A stretch of 19,135 nucleotides of DNA from a virus. Taxonomy: Duplodnaviria; Heunggongvirae; Uroviricota; Caudoviricetes. Numbering within the stretch: the first letter of the stretch is position 1; the number at the start of each line of letters is the position of its first letter. The stretch is from IMG/VR virus record IMGVR_UViG_2585427745_000007; one strand, written 5' to 3'. The position numbers and the translations under genes were made by a program. The notes under the pieces are model-generated. The model searched no databases. It worked only from the letters and a program-made list of their open reading frames with translations, and was not told where the DNA came from. Shown here one piece after another: positions 1 through 7,759 of the stretch.

Positions 1-311
1 CGGTCGAACTCCGCCTTCGCAAAATAAGCGGAAGCCTGGCGAAGGATATCGTTACTGCGGCGCAGTTCACGATTTTCACGCTCCAGCTCTTTCAGACGCT
101 GACGTTCAGCGGTGGTGAGCCCTCCATCACCGCCCCCGGTATCCCGCTCATGCTGGCGAACCCAGACACGCAGAGTCTCCGGCGTACAGCCAATCTTTGG
201 AGCAATGGAACAAATTGTCGCCCATTGTGAGTCATATTCGCCCTGACTTTCCAGAACCATACGGACTGCCCGTTGACGGACTTCAGGGGAAAAACGAGTA
301 TTTTTAGTCAT
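1..311 (-). CDS. IS3-family transposase OrfA (N-terminal 103 codons; 3' end and orfB outside window)
   Basis: ATG at 309-311 on the minus strand, preceded by AGAGG-like RBS (GAAAGAGGTAAACAGG ATG); open to the window edge; strong family-level match from memory. Confidence 0.85.
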   Translation of the reverse strand, partial: MTKNTRFSPEVRQRAVRMVLESQGEYDSQWATICSIAPKIGCTPETLRVWVRQHERDTGGGDGGLTTAERQRLKELERENRELRRSNDILRQASAYFAKAEFD

Positions 312-365
312 CCTGTTTACCTCTTTCTCAGGAAGTTTAGTCTCCAGGATTCCCGGGGCGGTTCA
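1..365 (-). mobile_element. IS3-family insertion sequence (IS629/IS1203-like), left end only; terminal inverted repeat ends at about 365 (minus-strand terminus TGAACCGCCCCGGGAATCC...), rest of element lies beyond window start
   Basis: Reverse complement of 1-311 translates to [104 protein letters not shown], recognised as an IS3-family OrfA (HTH plus leucine zipper). The TG...-type terminus sits 54 nt upstream of the OrfA ATG. The IS629 subgroup assignment is from memory and unverified. Confidence 0.8.
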
Positions 366-658
366 CAGGACTATATCCGCACTCAGTGCCTGAAATAGGT
401 TTTGCTGATGCGCGGTATTGTCGCCGTATCCCCGCATTAACAGAGACCGCAGCCCGACAGGGAGACTCCTCTGCGCGAGTGTGCGGGGATAATCAAAAAC
501 GACACACACCGGGGTTTACCGCGTTAACGGAGCGCGGCGTTGTCCCCTCATAGTCGCCTGTCCGGTGCGATGGTGGAAGAAGCCGGATGTTTATCACTAT
601 TAATTGATGACACAGAAATGGATTCATTGAATTTCAGCACGTTTTTGTATTCGTGTTA

Positions 659-688
659 TTGAACATCTGTTTATTTTACTTTTAACAT
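659..688 (+). promoter_or_regulatory. Candidate sigma70-like promoter (TTGAAC, 18-nt spacer, TAACAT) upstream of the small ORF at 749
   Basis: Hexamers read directly from the sequence in an AT-rich stretch; weak match, no experimental support. Confidence 0.2.
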
Positions 689-748
689 ATTGATAATAAA
701 AAGAGCTGTAAATCTTTAGATGAGTCGATTTTGTCCGGGGAAGTTCAA

Positions 749-889
749 ATGGATTTTATGCTGACGGTTTCTGGAGTGGTTATCCTGTCCATTGCTTATA
801 CTGCAGATAAATATGGCTGCCATTTGTTATCACGTATTGGCGCTTATTGTTCGTTGATGCTGATTTTCTCGTCGCTTTTTTTTGAGTAA
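749..889 (+). CDS. Hypothetical small hydrophobic protein, 46 aa (MDFMLTVSGVVILSIAYTADKYGCHLLSRIGAYCSLMLIFSSLFFE), two predicted hydrophobic helices
   Basis: ATG at 749 with GGGGAAG 5 nt upstream, TAA at 887-889. Lies in an AT-rich segment (about 600-1020) that has no counterpart in my recollection of the lambda right end. Below the 60-aa cutoff of the supplied ORF track. No recognised homolog. Confidence 0.3.
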   Translation: MDFMLTVSGVVILSIAYTADKYGCHLLSRIGAYCSLMLIFSSLFFE

Positions 890-1021
890 GTTATATTAAT
901 TATAACAAATAATTTTCTGTGTTATTTTTTCAGGCTATCCCGTCAGAGGGGAAGCCTGTACTGCCAGGGAGCGAATGGAAAACTGATGTGTCCGGTAACT
1001 GCGTGTTCTGTGAACACCATG

Positions 1022-1207
1022 TTACTTAATTATGTAATTCATACCCGAACTCTCTGTTGACAGCCTTCTTCTGCAGGCTTCAATAACCCACGCTGAAAAG
1101 TTTCCTGAACCTTTCAGATCAAGAGCGATGTTAATTTGTTCAATCATCTGGTTTGGAAATCGGATGTTGCGGGTTGTTGTTCTGCGGGTTCTGTTCTTTG
1201 ATGACAT
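1022..1207 (-). CDS. Small ribbon-helix-helix-like protein (61 aa), conserved at lambdoid right ends just upstream of cos; possibly DUF3950/YlcI-like
   Basis: ORF-track protein MSSKNRTRRTTTRNIRFPNQMIEQINIALDLKGSGNFSAWVIEACRRRL... has a basic N-terminus followed by a strand-helix-helix pattern. The same reading frame is present in my recollection of the lambda right-arm sequence just before cos. The family name is from memory, unverified. Confidence 0.5.
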   Translation of the reverse strand: MSSKNRTRRTTTRNIRFPNQMIEQINIALDLKGSGNFSAWVIEACRRRLSTESSGMNYIIK

Positions 1208-1380
1208 AATGTTTCCCCATATTCAGTGTTGCTGATTTGTATTATCTGAAGTTGCTTTTACGTTAATTTGACGCAGATCAATTAATACGATACCTGCGTC
1301 ATAATTGATTATTTCTCGTGGTTTGATGGCGTACACACATGTTGTGATAAACCTTATATAGATGATAATAATTATCATTT

Positions 1381-1594
1381 CGTGGGTCCTTTCCGGCGAT
1401 CCGACCGGTTACGGGGCGGCGACCTCGCGGGTTTTCGCTATTTATGAAAATTTTTAGGGAAAAATCAGATCCGTTCTTCTTCTTTTTAACTGATTGATTA
1501 TCAATAGAATTTTAAAAATATAAAAGGATCTGACAAAGGCTGTTTTTGTTAGAAAACGCCATTTTCAGATCCTTTCTGGTTCCCGGGGGAGTGT
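1381..1594 (+). other. cos: cos region: cosQ-like sequence (about 1381-1413), cosN, and cosB with Nu1-binding R-site-like repeats (1426-1594)
   Basis: Sequence CGTGGGTCCTTTCCGGCGATCCGACCGGTTACG followed by GGGCGGCGACCTCGCGGGTTTTCGCTATTTATGAAAATTTT is nearly identical to the lambda right-end/left-end junction; the element CCGTTCTTCTTC resembles lambda R3. Confidence 0.85.
1414..1425 (+). other. cosN: cosN cohesive-end 12-mer GGGCGGCGACCT (terminase nicking site)
   Basis: Exact match to the lambda 12-nt cohesive end, immediately upstream of the nu1 homolog. Confidence 0.85.
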
Positions 1595-2143
1595 ATGAAC
1601 GTCAATAAGAAAAAACTGGCCGATATTTTTGGCGTTGATGTCAGGACCATCACCGCCTGGCAGAGTCAGGGGTTACCACTAGTTTCTGGTGGAGGGAAAG
1701 GGACTGAATCAGTTTTTGATACAACTGCTGCCATTCAGTGGTATGCGCAGAGGGAAGCTGATATTGAAAACGAAAAACTCCGTAAAGAGATCGAGGATTT
1801 GAGGGCTGCCAGCGAATCAGACCTTCAGCCCTGCACCATTGATTACGAACGTTACCGACTGACGAAGGCACAGGCCGATGCACAGGAGCTGAAAAATGCT
1901 CGTGAGGAAGGCCTTGTCCTCGAGACGGAGTTATTTACCTACATCTTTCAGCGAGTGGCACAGAATATATCAGGGATCCTTGTCCGTGTCCCTCAGACAC
2001 TGCAGCGTAAATACCCTGATATATCACCCGTACATCTTGATGCTGTGAAAACTGAAATCGCGAAAGCATCCGATGTGGCTTCTGAAGCCGGTGAGAATGT
2101 GCGCAGGTGGATTGATGATTTCAGACGAACTGAGGGCGGCTAA
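1595..2143 (+). CDS. nu1: Terminase small subunit Nu1
   Basis: 182 aa; [36 protein letters not shown]... closely parallels lambda Nu1 (MEVNKKQLADIFGASIRTIQNWQEQGMPVLRGGGKG...); lies immediately downstream of cos; RBS GGGGGA. Confidence 0.95.
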   Translation: MNVNKKKLADIFGVDVRTITAWQSQGLPLVSGGGKGTESVFDTTAAIQWYAQREADIENEKLRKEIEDLRAASESDLQPCTIDYERYRLTKAQADAQELKNAREEGLVLETELFTYIFQRVAQNISGILVRVPQTLQRKYPDISPVHLDAVKTEIAKASDVASEAGENVRRWIDDFRRTEGG

Positions 2144-4043
2144 TTCTGCAGGAGCGATAGCAACCGGCCTCCTTGCGCTAAAAATTCCTGTCCCTCTGAC
2201 GACAGTTCAGTGGGCAGATCGACATTATTACCTTCCGAAAGAGTCATCTTACACCCCGGGGCGGTGGGAAACACTGCCGTTTCAGGTTGCCATCATGAAC
2301 AGCATGGGGAATGACCGGATCCGCACTGTTAATCTGATTAAATCTGCCCGTGTTGGTTATACAAAGATGTTGCTGGGAGTGGAGGCTTATTTTATTGAGC
2401 ATAAATCACGCAACAGCCTTCTTTTCCAGCCCACGGATTCTGCTGCTGAAGATTTTATGAAATCTCATGTGGAACCCACGATCAGGGATGTGCCGGTTTT
2501 ACTCGATCTTGCACCGTGGTTTGGGCGTAAACATCGTGATAATACCCTCACGCTGAAACGTTTTTCATCGGGCGTGGGCTTCTGGTGCCTGGGCGGGGCT
2601 GCCGCTAAAAACTACCGTGAAAAATCCGTGGACGTGGTCTGCTATGACGAACTTTCCTCGTTCGAACCGGATGTCGAAAAAGAGGGGTCGCCAACCCTGC
2701 TTGGGGATAAACGTATTGAGGGCTCTGTATGGCCCAAATCCATTCGCGGCTCGACGCCTAAAATCAAAGGCACCTGCCAGATCGAAAAAGCGGCCAACGA
2801 GTCGGCGCATTTCATGCGTTTTTATGTGCCCTGCCCACACTGTGGGGAGGAGCAGTATCTGAAATTTGGCGATGAATCCACGCCTTTTGGCCTTAAATGG
2901 GAGAAGGACAGCCCCGAAAGCGTTTTCTACCTCTGTGAACATCATGGCTGCGTGATCCATCAGTCTGAGCTTGACCAGAGCAACGGGCGGTGGATCTGTG
3001 AAAACACGGGGATGTGGACCCGTGACGGTCTGACGTTTTTCAGCGCCGCGGATAATGAAATTCCGCCGCCGCGCTCCATCACGTTCCATATCTGGACAGC
3101 GTACAGTCCGTTCACCACCTGGGTACAGATTGTCTATGACTGGCTGGATGCACTGAAAGATCCCAACGGCCTGAAAACCTTTGTGAACACCACGCTGGGC
3201 GAGACCTGGGAAGAGGCCGTGGGCGAAAAACTCGATCACCAGGTACTGATGGATAAGGTCGTGCATTACACGGCGGCGGTGCCAGCCCGGGTGGTTTATC
3301 TGACGGCGGGCATTGACTCGCAGCGAAACCGTTTTGAGATGTATGTCTGGGGATGGGCACCGGGAGAGGAAGCTTTTCTGGTGGATAAAATCATCATTAT
3401 GGGGCGTCCTGATGAGGAAGAGACGCTGTTACGTGTGGATGCGGCGATCAACAAAAAATACTGCCATGCAGATGGCACCGAAATGACCATTTCCCGTGTC
3501 TGCTGGGACACCGGGGGGATCGATGGTGAAATTGTCTATCAGAGGTCAAAAAAACACGGTGTTTTCCGGGTGCTGCCGGTAAAAGGTGCATCTGTTTATG
3601 GCAAGCCGGTGATCACCATGCCGAAAACCCGCAATCAGCGGGGCGTGTATCTGTGTGAAGTGGGGACGGACACCGCAAAAGAAATTCTCTATGCCCGTAT
3701 GAAAGCCGATCCCACTCCTGCGGATGAAGCCACGTCGTATGCCATCCGTTTTCCTGATGATCCGGAGATTTTTTCGCAGACAGAGGCGCAGCAACTGGTC
3801 GCGGAAGAGCTTGTGGAGAAGTGGGAAAAAGGAAAGATGCGTCTGCTGTGGGATAACAAAAAGCGGCGTAACGAAGCGCTGGACTGCCTGGTGTATGCCT
3901 ATGCGGCATTACGTGTGTCCGTGCAACGCTGGCAGCTTGATCTGGCTGTACTGGCAAAATCCCGGGAAGAAGAGACGACCCGGCCAACCCTTAAAGAACT
4001 GGCAGCGAAGCTGTCCGGAGGAGTGAATGGTTACAGTCGCTGA
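2115..4043 (+). CDS. A: Terminase large subunit A
   Basis: Lambda gpA-like throughout ([27 protein letters not shown]...). Start chosen at ATG 2115 (MISDEL...), overlapping the nu1 3' end by 29 nt as in lambda, rather than the ORF-track alternative start at 2073. Confidence 0.95.
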   Translation: MISDELRAANSAGAIATGLLALKIPVPLTTVQWADRHYYLPKESSYTPGRWETLPFQVAIMNSMGNDRIRTVNLIKSARVGYTKMLLGVEAYFIEHKSRNSLLFQPTDSAAEDFMKSHVEPTIRDVPVLLDLAPWFGRKHRDNTLTLKRFSSGVGFWCLGGAAAKNYREKSVDVVCYDELSSFEPDVEKEGSPTLLGDKRIEGSVWPKSIRGSTPKIKGTCQIEKAANESAHFMRFYVPCPHCGEEQYLKFGDESTPFGLKWEKDSPESVFYLCEHHGCVIHQSELDQSNGRWICENTGMWTRDGLTFFSAADNEIPPPRSITFHIWTAYSPFTTWVQIVYDWLDALKDPNGLKTFVNTTLGETWEEAVGEKLDHQVLMDKVVHYTAAVPARVVYLTAGIDSQRNRFEMYVWGWAPGEEAFLVDKIIIMGRPDEEETLLRVDAAINKKYCHADGTEMTISRVCWDTGGIDGEIVYQRSKKHGVFRVLPVKGASVYGKPVITMPKTRNQRGVYLCEVGTDTAKEILYARMKADPTPADEATSYAIRFPDDPEIFSQTEAQQLVAEELVEKWEKGKMRLLWDNKKRRNEALDCLVYAYAALRVSVQRWQLDLAVLAKSREEETTRPTLKELAAKLSGGVNGYSR

Positions 4044-4233
4044 ACTGCAGGCGCTGCGTCAGGCGCGCCTTGATTTATTAACCGGTAAACGGGTGGTGTC
4101 TGTCCAGAAAGATGGTCGCAGAATTGAATATACGGAGGCTTCTCTGGATGAGCTTAACCGGGCGATCAATGATGCGGAGTCGGTACTGGGGACAACCCGA
4201 CGTCGCCGTCGTCCGCTGGGAGTGAGGTTATGA
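4027..4233 (+). CDS. W: Head-tail joining / head completion protein W
   Basis: 68 aa, gpW-like (LTGKRVVSVQKDGRRIEYTEASLDEL); overlaps the A stop and shares ATGA with the B start. Confidence 0.9.
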   Translation: MVTVAELQALRQARLDLLTGKRVVSVQKDGRRIEYTEASLDELNRAINDAESVLGTTRRRRRPLGVRL

Positions 4234-5822
4234 AACGAACGCCTGTCCTGATTGATGTGAACGGCGTTCCGCTTCGTGAGAGTCTCAGCTACAACGGGGG
4301 CGGCGCAGGATTTGGCGGGCAAATGGCGGAGTGGTTGCCACCGGCGCAGAGTGCCGATGCAGCCCTGCTGCCTGCGTTGCGTCTGGGGAATGCCCGGGCA
4401 GATGATCTGGTGCGCAATAACGGGATAGCGGCTAATGCGGTGGCCCTGCATAAGGATCATATTGTCGGGCATATGTTTCTGATCAGCTACCGTCCGAACT
4501 GGCGCTGGCTGGGGATGCGGGAGACTGCGGCAAAAAGTTTTGTCGATGAGGTGGAGGCGGCCTGGTCGGAATACGCCGAAGGGATGTTTGGCGAGATCGA
4601 CGTGGAAGGGAAACGCACGTTTACGGAATTTATCCGTGAAGGTGTGGGCGTTCATGCGTTTAACGGCGAAATCTTTGTGCAGCCGGTCTGGGATACGGAG
4701 AGCACGCAACTGTTTCGTACGCGTTTTAAAGCCGTGAGTCCGAAACGGGTGGACACGCCAGGACACGGTATGGGGAACCGTTTTCTGCGGGCCGGTGTGG
4801 AGGTCGATCGATATGGTCGTGCCGTTGCGTACCATATCTGTGAGGATGATTTTCCTCGCTCCGGGAGTGGACGATGGGAACGGATCCCGCGTGAACTTCC
4901 CACCGGGCGTCCGGCCATGCTGCATATTTTCGAGCCGGTGGAGGACGGGCAGACCCGTGGGGCCAATCAGTTTTACAGCGTAATGGAACGGCTGAAGATG
5001 CTCGATTCCCTGCAGGCAACACAGCTTCAGTCGGCCATAGTGAAGGCGATGTATGCAGCGACGATTGAAAGTGAACTTGATACCGAAAAGGCCTTTGAAT
5101 ATATCGCCGGTGCGCCGCAGGGGCAGAAGGATAATCCGCTTATTAATATTCTGGAGAAGTTCTCCACCTGGTATGACACGAATAGCGTGACGCTGGGCGG
5201 TGTCAAAATTCCGCACCTTTTCCCCGGTGATGATCTGAAACTTCAGACCGCGCAGGATTCAGACAATGGATTTTCGGCGCTTGAACAGGCGCTGCTGCGG
5301 TATATCGCCGCCGGTCTTGGCGTTTCCTACGAACAGTTGTCCCGTGATTACTCGAAGGTCAGTTATTCAAGTGCCCGCGCATCCGCCAATGAGTCGTGGC
5401 GCTATTTTATGGGGCGGCGAAAATTTATTGCGTCCCGGCTGGCCACGCAGATGTTTTCCTGCTGGCTGGAAGAGGCACTTCTTCGGGGGATTATTCGTCC
5501 GCCACGGGCGCGTTTTGATTTTTATCAGGCGCGATCAGCCTGGTCACGGGCTGAGTGGATTGGAGCCGGAAGAATGGCCATTGACGGGCTCAAGGAGGTT
5601 CAGGAATCAGTGATGCGCATTGAGGCCGGACTGAGCACGTATGAGAAAGAGCTGGCGCTGATGGGCGAGGATTATCAGGACATTTTCCGCCAGCAGGTCA
5701 GGGAATCTGCAGAGCGGGAAAAAGCCGGACTCTCACGTCCGGTGTGGATAGCGCAGGCGTATCAGCAGCAGATAGCGGAGAGTCGCAGGCCGGAAGAGGA
5801 GACAACACCACGTGAGACGTAA
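4230..5822 (+). CDS. B: Portal protein B
   Basis: 530 aa; extensive lambda gpB similarity (LPALRLGNARADDLVRNNG..., ...AMLHIFEPVEDGQTRGANQFYSVMERLKMLD...). Confidence 0.95.
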   Translation: MKRTPVLIDVNGVPLRESLSYNGGGAGFGGQMAEWLPPAQSADAALLPALRLGNARADDLVRNNGIAANAVALHKDHIVGHMFLISYRPNWRWLGMRETAAKSFVDEVEAAWSEYAEGMFGEIDVEGKRTFTEFIREGVGVHAFNGEIFVQPVWDTESTQLFRTRFKAVSPKRVDTPGHGMGNRFLRAGVEVDRYGRAVAYHICEDDFPRSGSGRWERIPRELPTGRPAMLHIFEPVEDGQTRGANQFYSVMERLKMLDSLQATQLQSAIVKAMYAATIESELDTEKAFEYIAGAPQGQKDNPLINILEKFSTWYDTNSVTLGGVKIPHLFPGDDLKLQTAQDSDNGFSALEQALLRYIAAGLGVSYEQLSRDYSKVSYSSARASANESWRYFMGRRKFIASRLATQMFSCWLEEALLRGIIRPPRARFDFYQARSAWSRAEWIGAGRMAIDGLKEVQESVMRIEAGLSTYEKELALMGEDYQDIFRQQVRESAEREKAGLSRPVWIAQAYQQQIAESRRPEEETTPRET

Positions 5823-5878
5823 TCTTTCACACATTATTGCCGCAGCATTCAATGAACCGCTGCTTCTGGAGCCCGCCT

Positions 5879-7318
5879 ATGCGCGGGTTTTCTTTTGCGC
5901 GCTCGGGCGCGAGATGGGGGCAGCACGTCTTTCAGTTTACGCTTACGCAGGTACAGCTTGATGCTCCCGGAATGCTGGCTGAAACGGACGAGTACATGGC
6001 CGGAGGTAAACGACCGGCCCGTGTTTACCGGGTGGTGAACGGTATTGCTGTACTGCCGGTGACCGGCACGCTGGTGCACCGGCTGGGCGGTATGCGGCCA
6101 TTTTCCGGAATGACAGGCTATGACGGCATTGTCGCCTGTCTTCAGCAGGCAATGGCAGATAGCCAGGTGCGGGGCGTACTGCTGGACATTGACAGTCCGG
6201 GCGGGCAGGCCGCCGGCGCGTTTGACTGCGCTGACATGATTTACCGCCTCCGGCAGCAGAAGCCGGTCTGGGCACTGTGTAATGACACGGCCTGTTCTGC
6301 AGCCATGCTGCTGGCGTCGGCCTGCTCCCGACGGCTGGTTACCCAGACATCCCGTATCGGCTCCATTGGCGTGATGATGAGCCATGTCAGCTATGCCGGT
6401 CATCTGGCGCAGGCCGGGGTGGATATCACGCTGATTTATGCCGGGGCGCACAAGGTGGATGGCAATCAGTTTGAAGCCTTACCGGCAGAGGTGCGTCAGG
6501 ACATGCAGCAGCGGGTTGATGCGGCGCACCGGATGTTTGCCGAAAAAGTGGCGATGTATACGGGGCTGTCTGTGGAAGCTGTCACGGGGACAGAGGCTGC
6601 CGTTTTTGAAGGTCAGTCCGCTATTAAGGCCGGACTGGCGGATGAATTAATCAATGCGTCGGATGCCATCAGCGTGATGGCTGCGGCGCTGAACACTCAT
6701 GATACAGGAGGCACTATGCCGCAATTAACTGCAACGGAAGCTGCCGTGCAGGAGAACCAGCGAGTGATGGGGATCCTGACATGCCAGGAAGCGAAAGGAC
6801 GTGAACAGCTTGCCACGATGCTGGCAGGGCAACAGGGCATGAGCGTTGAACAGGCCCGGGCGATTCTGGCCGCGGCGGCACCACAGCAGCCGGTGGCATC
6901 CGCGCAGAGTGAAGCCGATCGCATTATGGCGTGTGAAGAAGCGAAAGGTCGTGAACAACTGGCGGCAACGCTGGCGGCGATGCCGGAGATGACGGTGGAA
7001 AAAGCCCGCCCGATCCTGGCTGCCTCACCGCAGGCGAATGCCGGGCCCTCACTTCGTGATCAGATCATGGCCCTGGATGAGGCAAAAGGGGCAGAAGCGC
7101 AGGCTGAAAAACTGGCGGCCTGCCCGGGAATGACCGTGGAGAACGCCCGGGCTGTGCTGGCTGCGGGATCAGGTAAGGCCGAACCGGTCTCTGCATCCAC
7201 AACCGCCTTGTTTGAACATTTCATGGCGAATCATTCACCGGCAGCGGTGCGGGGTGGCGTGTCACAGACGTCAGAAGACGGTGATGCGGACGTGAAAATG
7301 CTCATGGCCATGCCATGA
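5879..7318 (+). CDS. C: Prohead protease C (S49/ClpP-like peptidase) with C-terminal scaffold domain. The N-terminal about 30 codons homologous to lambda gpC are encoded in a different frame (5812-5961), so the gene carries an apparent +1 frameshift and may be a pseudogene or sequencing error
   Basis: Main body (frame of 5837-7318) matches lambda gpC (VVNGIAVLPVTGTLV, SGMTGYDGI, VWALCNDTACSAAMLLASACSRRLVTQTSRIGSIGVMMSHV). A short ORF from GTG 5812 (overlapping the B stop) encodes RRNLSHIIAAAFNEPLLLEPAYARVFFCAL, matching the lambda gpC N-terminus, then stops at 5959-5961. Confidence 0.8.
   Translation: MRGFSFARSGARWGQHVFQFTLTQVQLDAPGMLAETDEYMAGGKRPARVYRVVNGIAVLPVTGTLVHRLGGMRPFSGMTGYDGIVACLQQAMADSQVRGVLLDIDSPGGQAAGAFDCADMIYRLRQQKPVWALCNDTACSAAMLLASACSRRLVTQTSRIGSIGVMMSHVSYAGHLAQAGVDITLIYAGAHKVDGNQFEALPAEVRQDMQQRVDAAHRMFAEKVAMYTGLSVEAVTGTEAAVFEGQSAIKAGLADELINASDAISVMAAALNTHDTGGTMPQLTATEAAVQENQRVMGILTCQEAKGREQLATMLAGQQGMSVEQARAILAAAAPQQPVASAQSEADRIMACEEAKGREQLAATLAAMPEMTVEKARPILAASPQANAGPSLRDQIMALDEAKGAEAQAEKLAACPGMTVENARAVLAAGSGKAEPVSASTTALFEHFMANHSPAAVRGGVSQTSEDGDADVKMLMAMP
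6503..7318 (+). CDS. nu3: Scaffolding protein Nu3, nested in-frame in the 3' part of C (internal start uncertain: ATG at 6503, 6533 or 6716)
   Basis: Lambda Nu3 is translated from an internal in-frame start within C. The candidate ATG at 6716 has an AGGAGG-like RBS (CAGGAGG, 4-nt spacing). The C-terminal region contains three tandem EAKGREQLA...MTVE.AR.ILAA repeats. Confidence 0.4.
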   Translation: MQQRVDAAHRMFAEKVAMYTGLSVEAVTGTEAAVFEGQSAIKAGLADELINASDAISVMAAALNTHDTGGTMPQLTATEAAVQENQRVMGILTCQEAKGREQLATMLAGQQGMSVEQARAILAAAAPQQPVASAQSEADRIMACEEAKGREQLAATLAAMPEMTVEKARPILAASPQANAGPSLRDQIMALDEAKGAEAQAEKLAACPGMTVENARAVLAAGSGKAEPVSASTTALFEHFMANHSPAAVRGGVSQTSEDGDADVKMLMAMP

Positions 7319-7354
7319 AGTCAGTGCTGAACATCAATACGAGGTTTTAACAAT

Positions 7355-7702
7355 ATGGTGACGAAAACCATCACTGAACAGCGTGCGGAAGTACGTATTT
7401 TTGCCGGTAATGATCCGGCTCACACCGCCACAGGCAGCAGCGGGATTTCCTCGGCAACACCGGCACTGACGCCCCTGATGCTGGATGAAGCCACCGGGAA
7501 ACTGGTGGTCTGGGATGGACAGAAAGCCGGTAGTGCGGTTGGCATACTGGTACTGCCGCTTGAAGGCACAGAGACGGTGCTGACCTATTACAAGTCGGGG
7601 ACCTTTGCGACGGAGGCAATCCGCTGGCCTGAAAGTGTGGATGAACACAAAAAGGCAAATGCCTTTGCCGGCACAGCCCTGAGTCACGCGGCTCTGCCGT
7701 AA
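7355..7702 (+). CDS. D: Head decoration protein D
   Basis: 115 aa; DPAHTATG...TPLMLDEATGKLVVWDG...YKSGTF...AFAGTA parallels lambda gpD. Confidence 0.93.
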   Translation: MVTKTITEQRAEVRIFAGNDPAHTATGSSGISSATPALTPLMLDEATGKLVVWDGQKAGSAVGILVLPLEGTETVLTYYKSGTFATEAIRWPESVDEHKKANAFAGTALSHAALP

Positions 7703-7710
7703 CACGTTAT

Positions 7711-7740
7711 CAGGCCACCGCGTTGGCCTGACTGATTTCT
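7711..7740 (+). terminator. Stem-loop (CAGGCC...GGCCTG) followed by a T-rich tract in the D-E intergenic region; possible partial terminator or RNA-stability element
   Basis: 6-7 bp GC-rich inverted repeat at 7711-7730, then ACTGATTTCTT. Confidence 0.25.
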
Positions 7741-7759
7741 TAATGAAAGGAACTGATTT

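Noticed and set aside
366-600. GC-richer segment between the IS end and the AT-rich island; looked for a gene remnant, tRNA or sRNA
   Set aside because: No frame of useful length on either strand and no cloverleaf-like structure. It resembles lambda noncoding sequence downstream of bor as I recall it, so it is probably an ordinary intergenic remnant.
1650-1883. Minus-strand 77-aa ORF inside nu1
   Set aside because: Antisense to a well-supported gene; no RBS and no recognisable protein features.
2073-2114. ORF-track upstream start for terminase A at 2073
   Set aside because: The in-frame ATG at 2115 (MISDEL...) aligns with the lambda gpA N-terminus and gives the lambda-like nu1/A overlap; the 2073 start is unsupported by homology.
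4059-5216. Long minus-strand ORF (385 aa) inside the portal gene B, with similar antisense ORFs elsewhere (2565-3266, 11261-11944, 15064-15801, 18125-19000, 13048-13482 and others)
   Set aside because: They lie antisense to genes with strong, collinear lambda homology and their products are low-complexity and Arg/Pro/His-rich; typical spurious open frames in GC-rich coding DNA. Several use non-ATG starts in the ORF track.
5837-5878. ORF-track TTG start for C at 5837 (MPQHSMNRCFW...)
   Set aside because: This N-terminal extension is the conserved gpC N-terminus read out of frame; it reflects the frameshift, not a real start.
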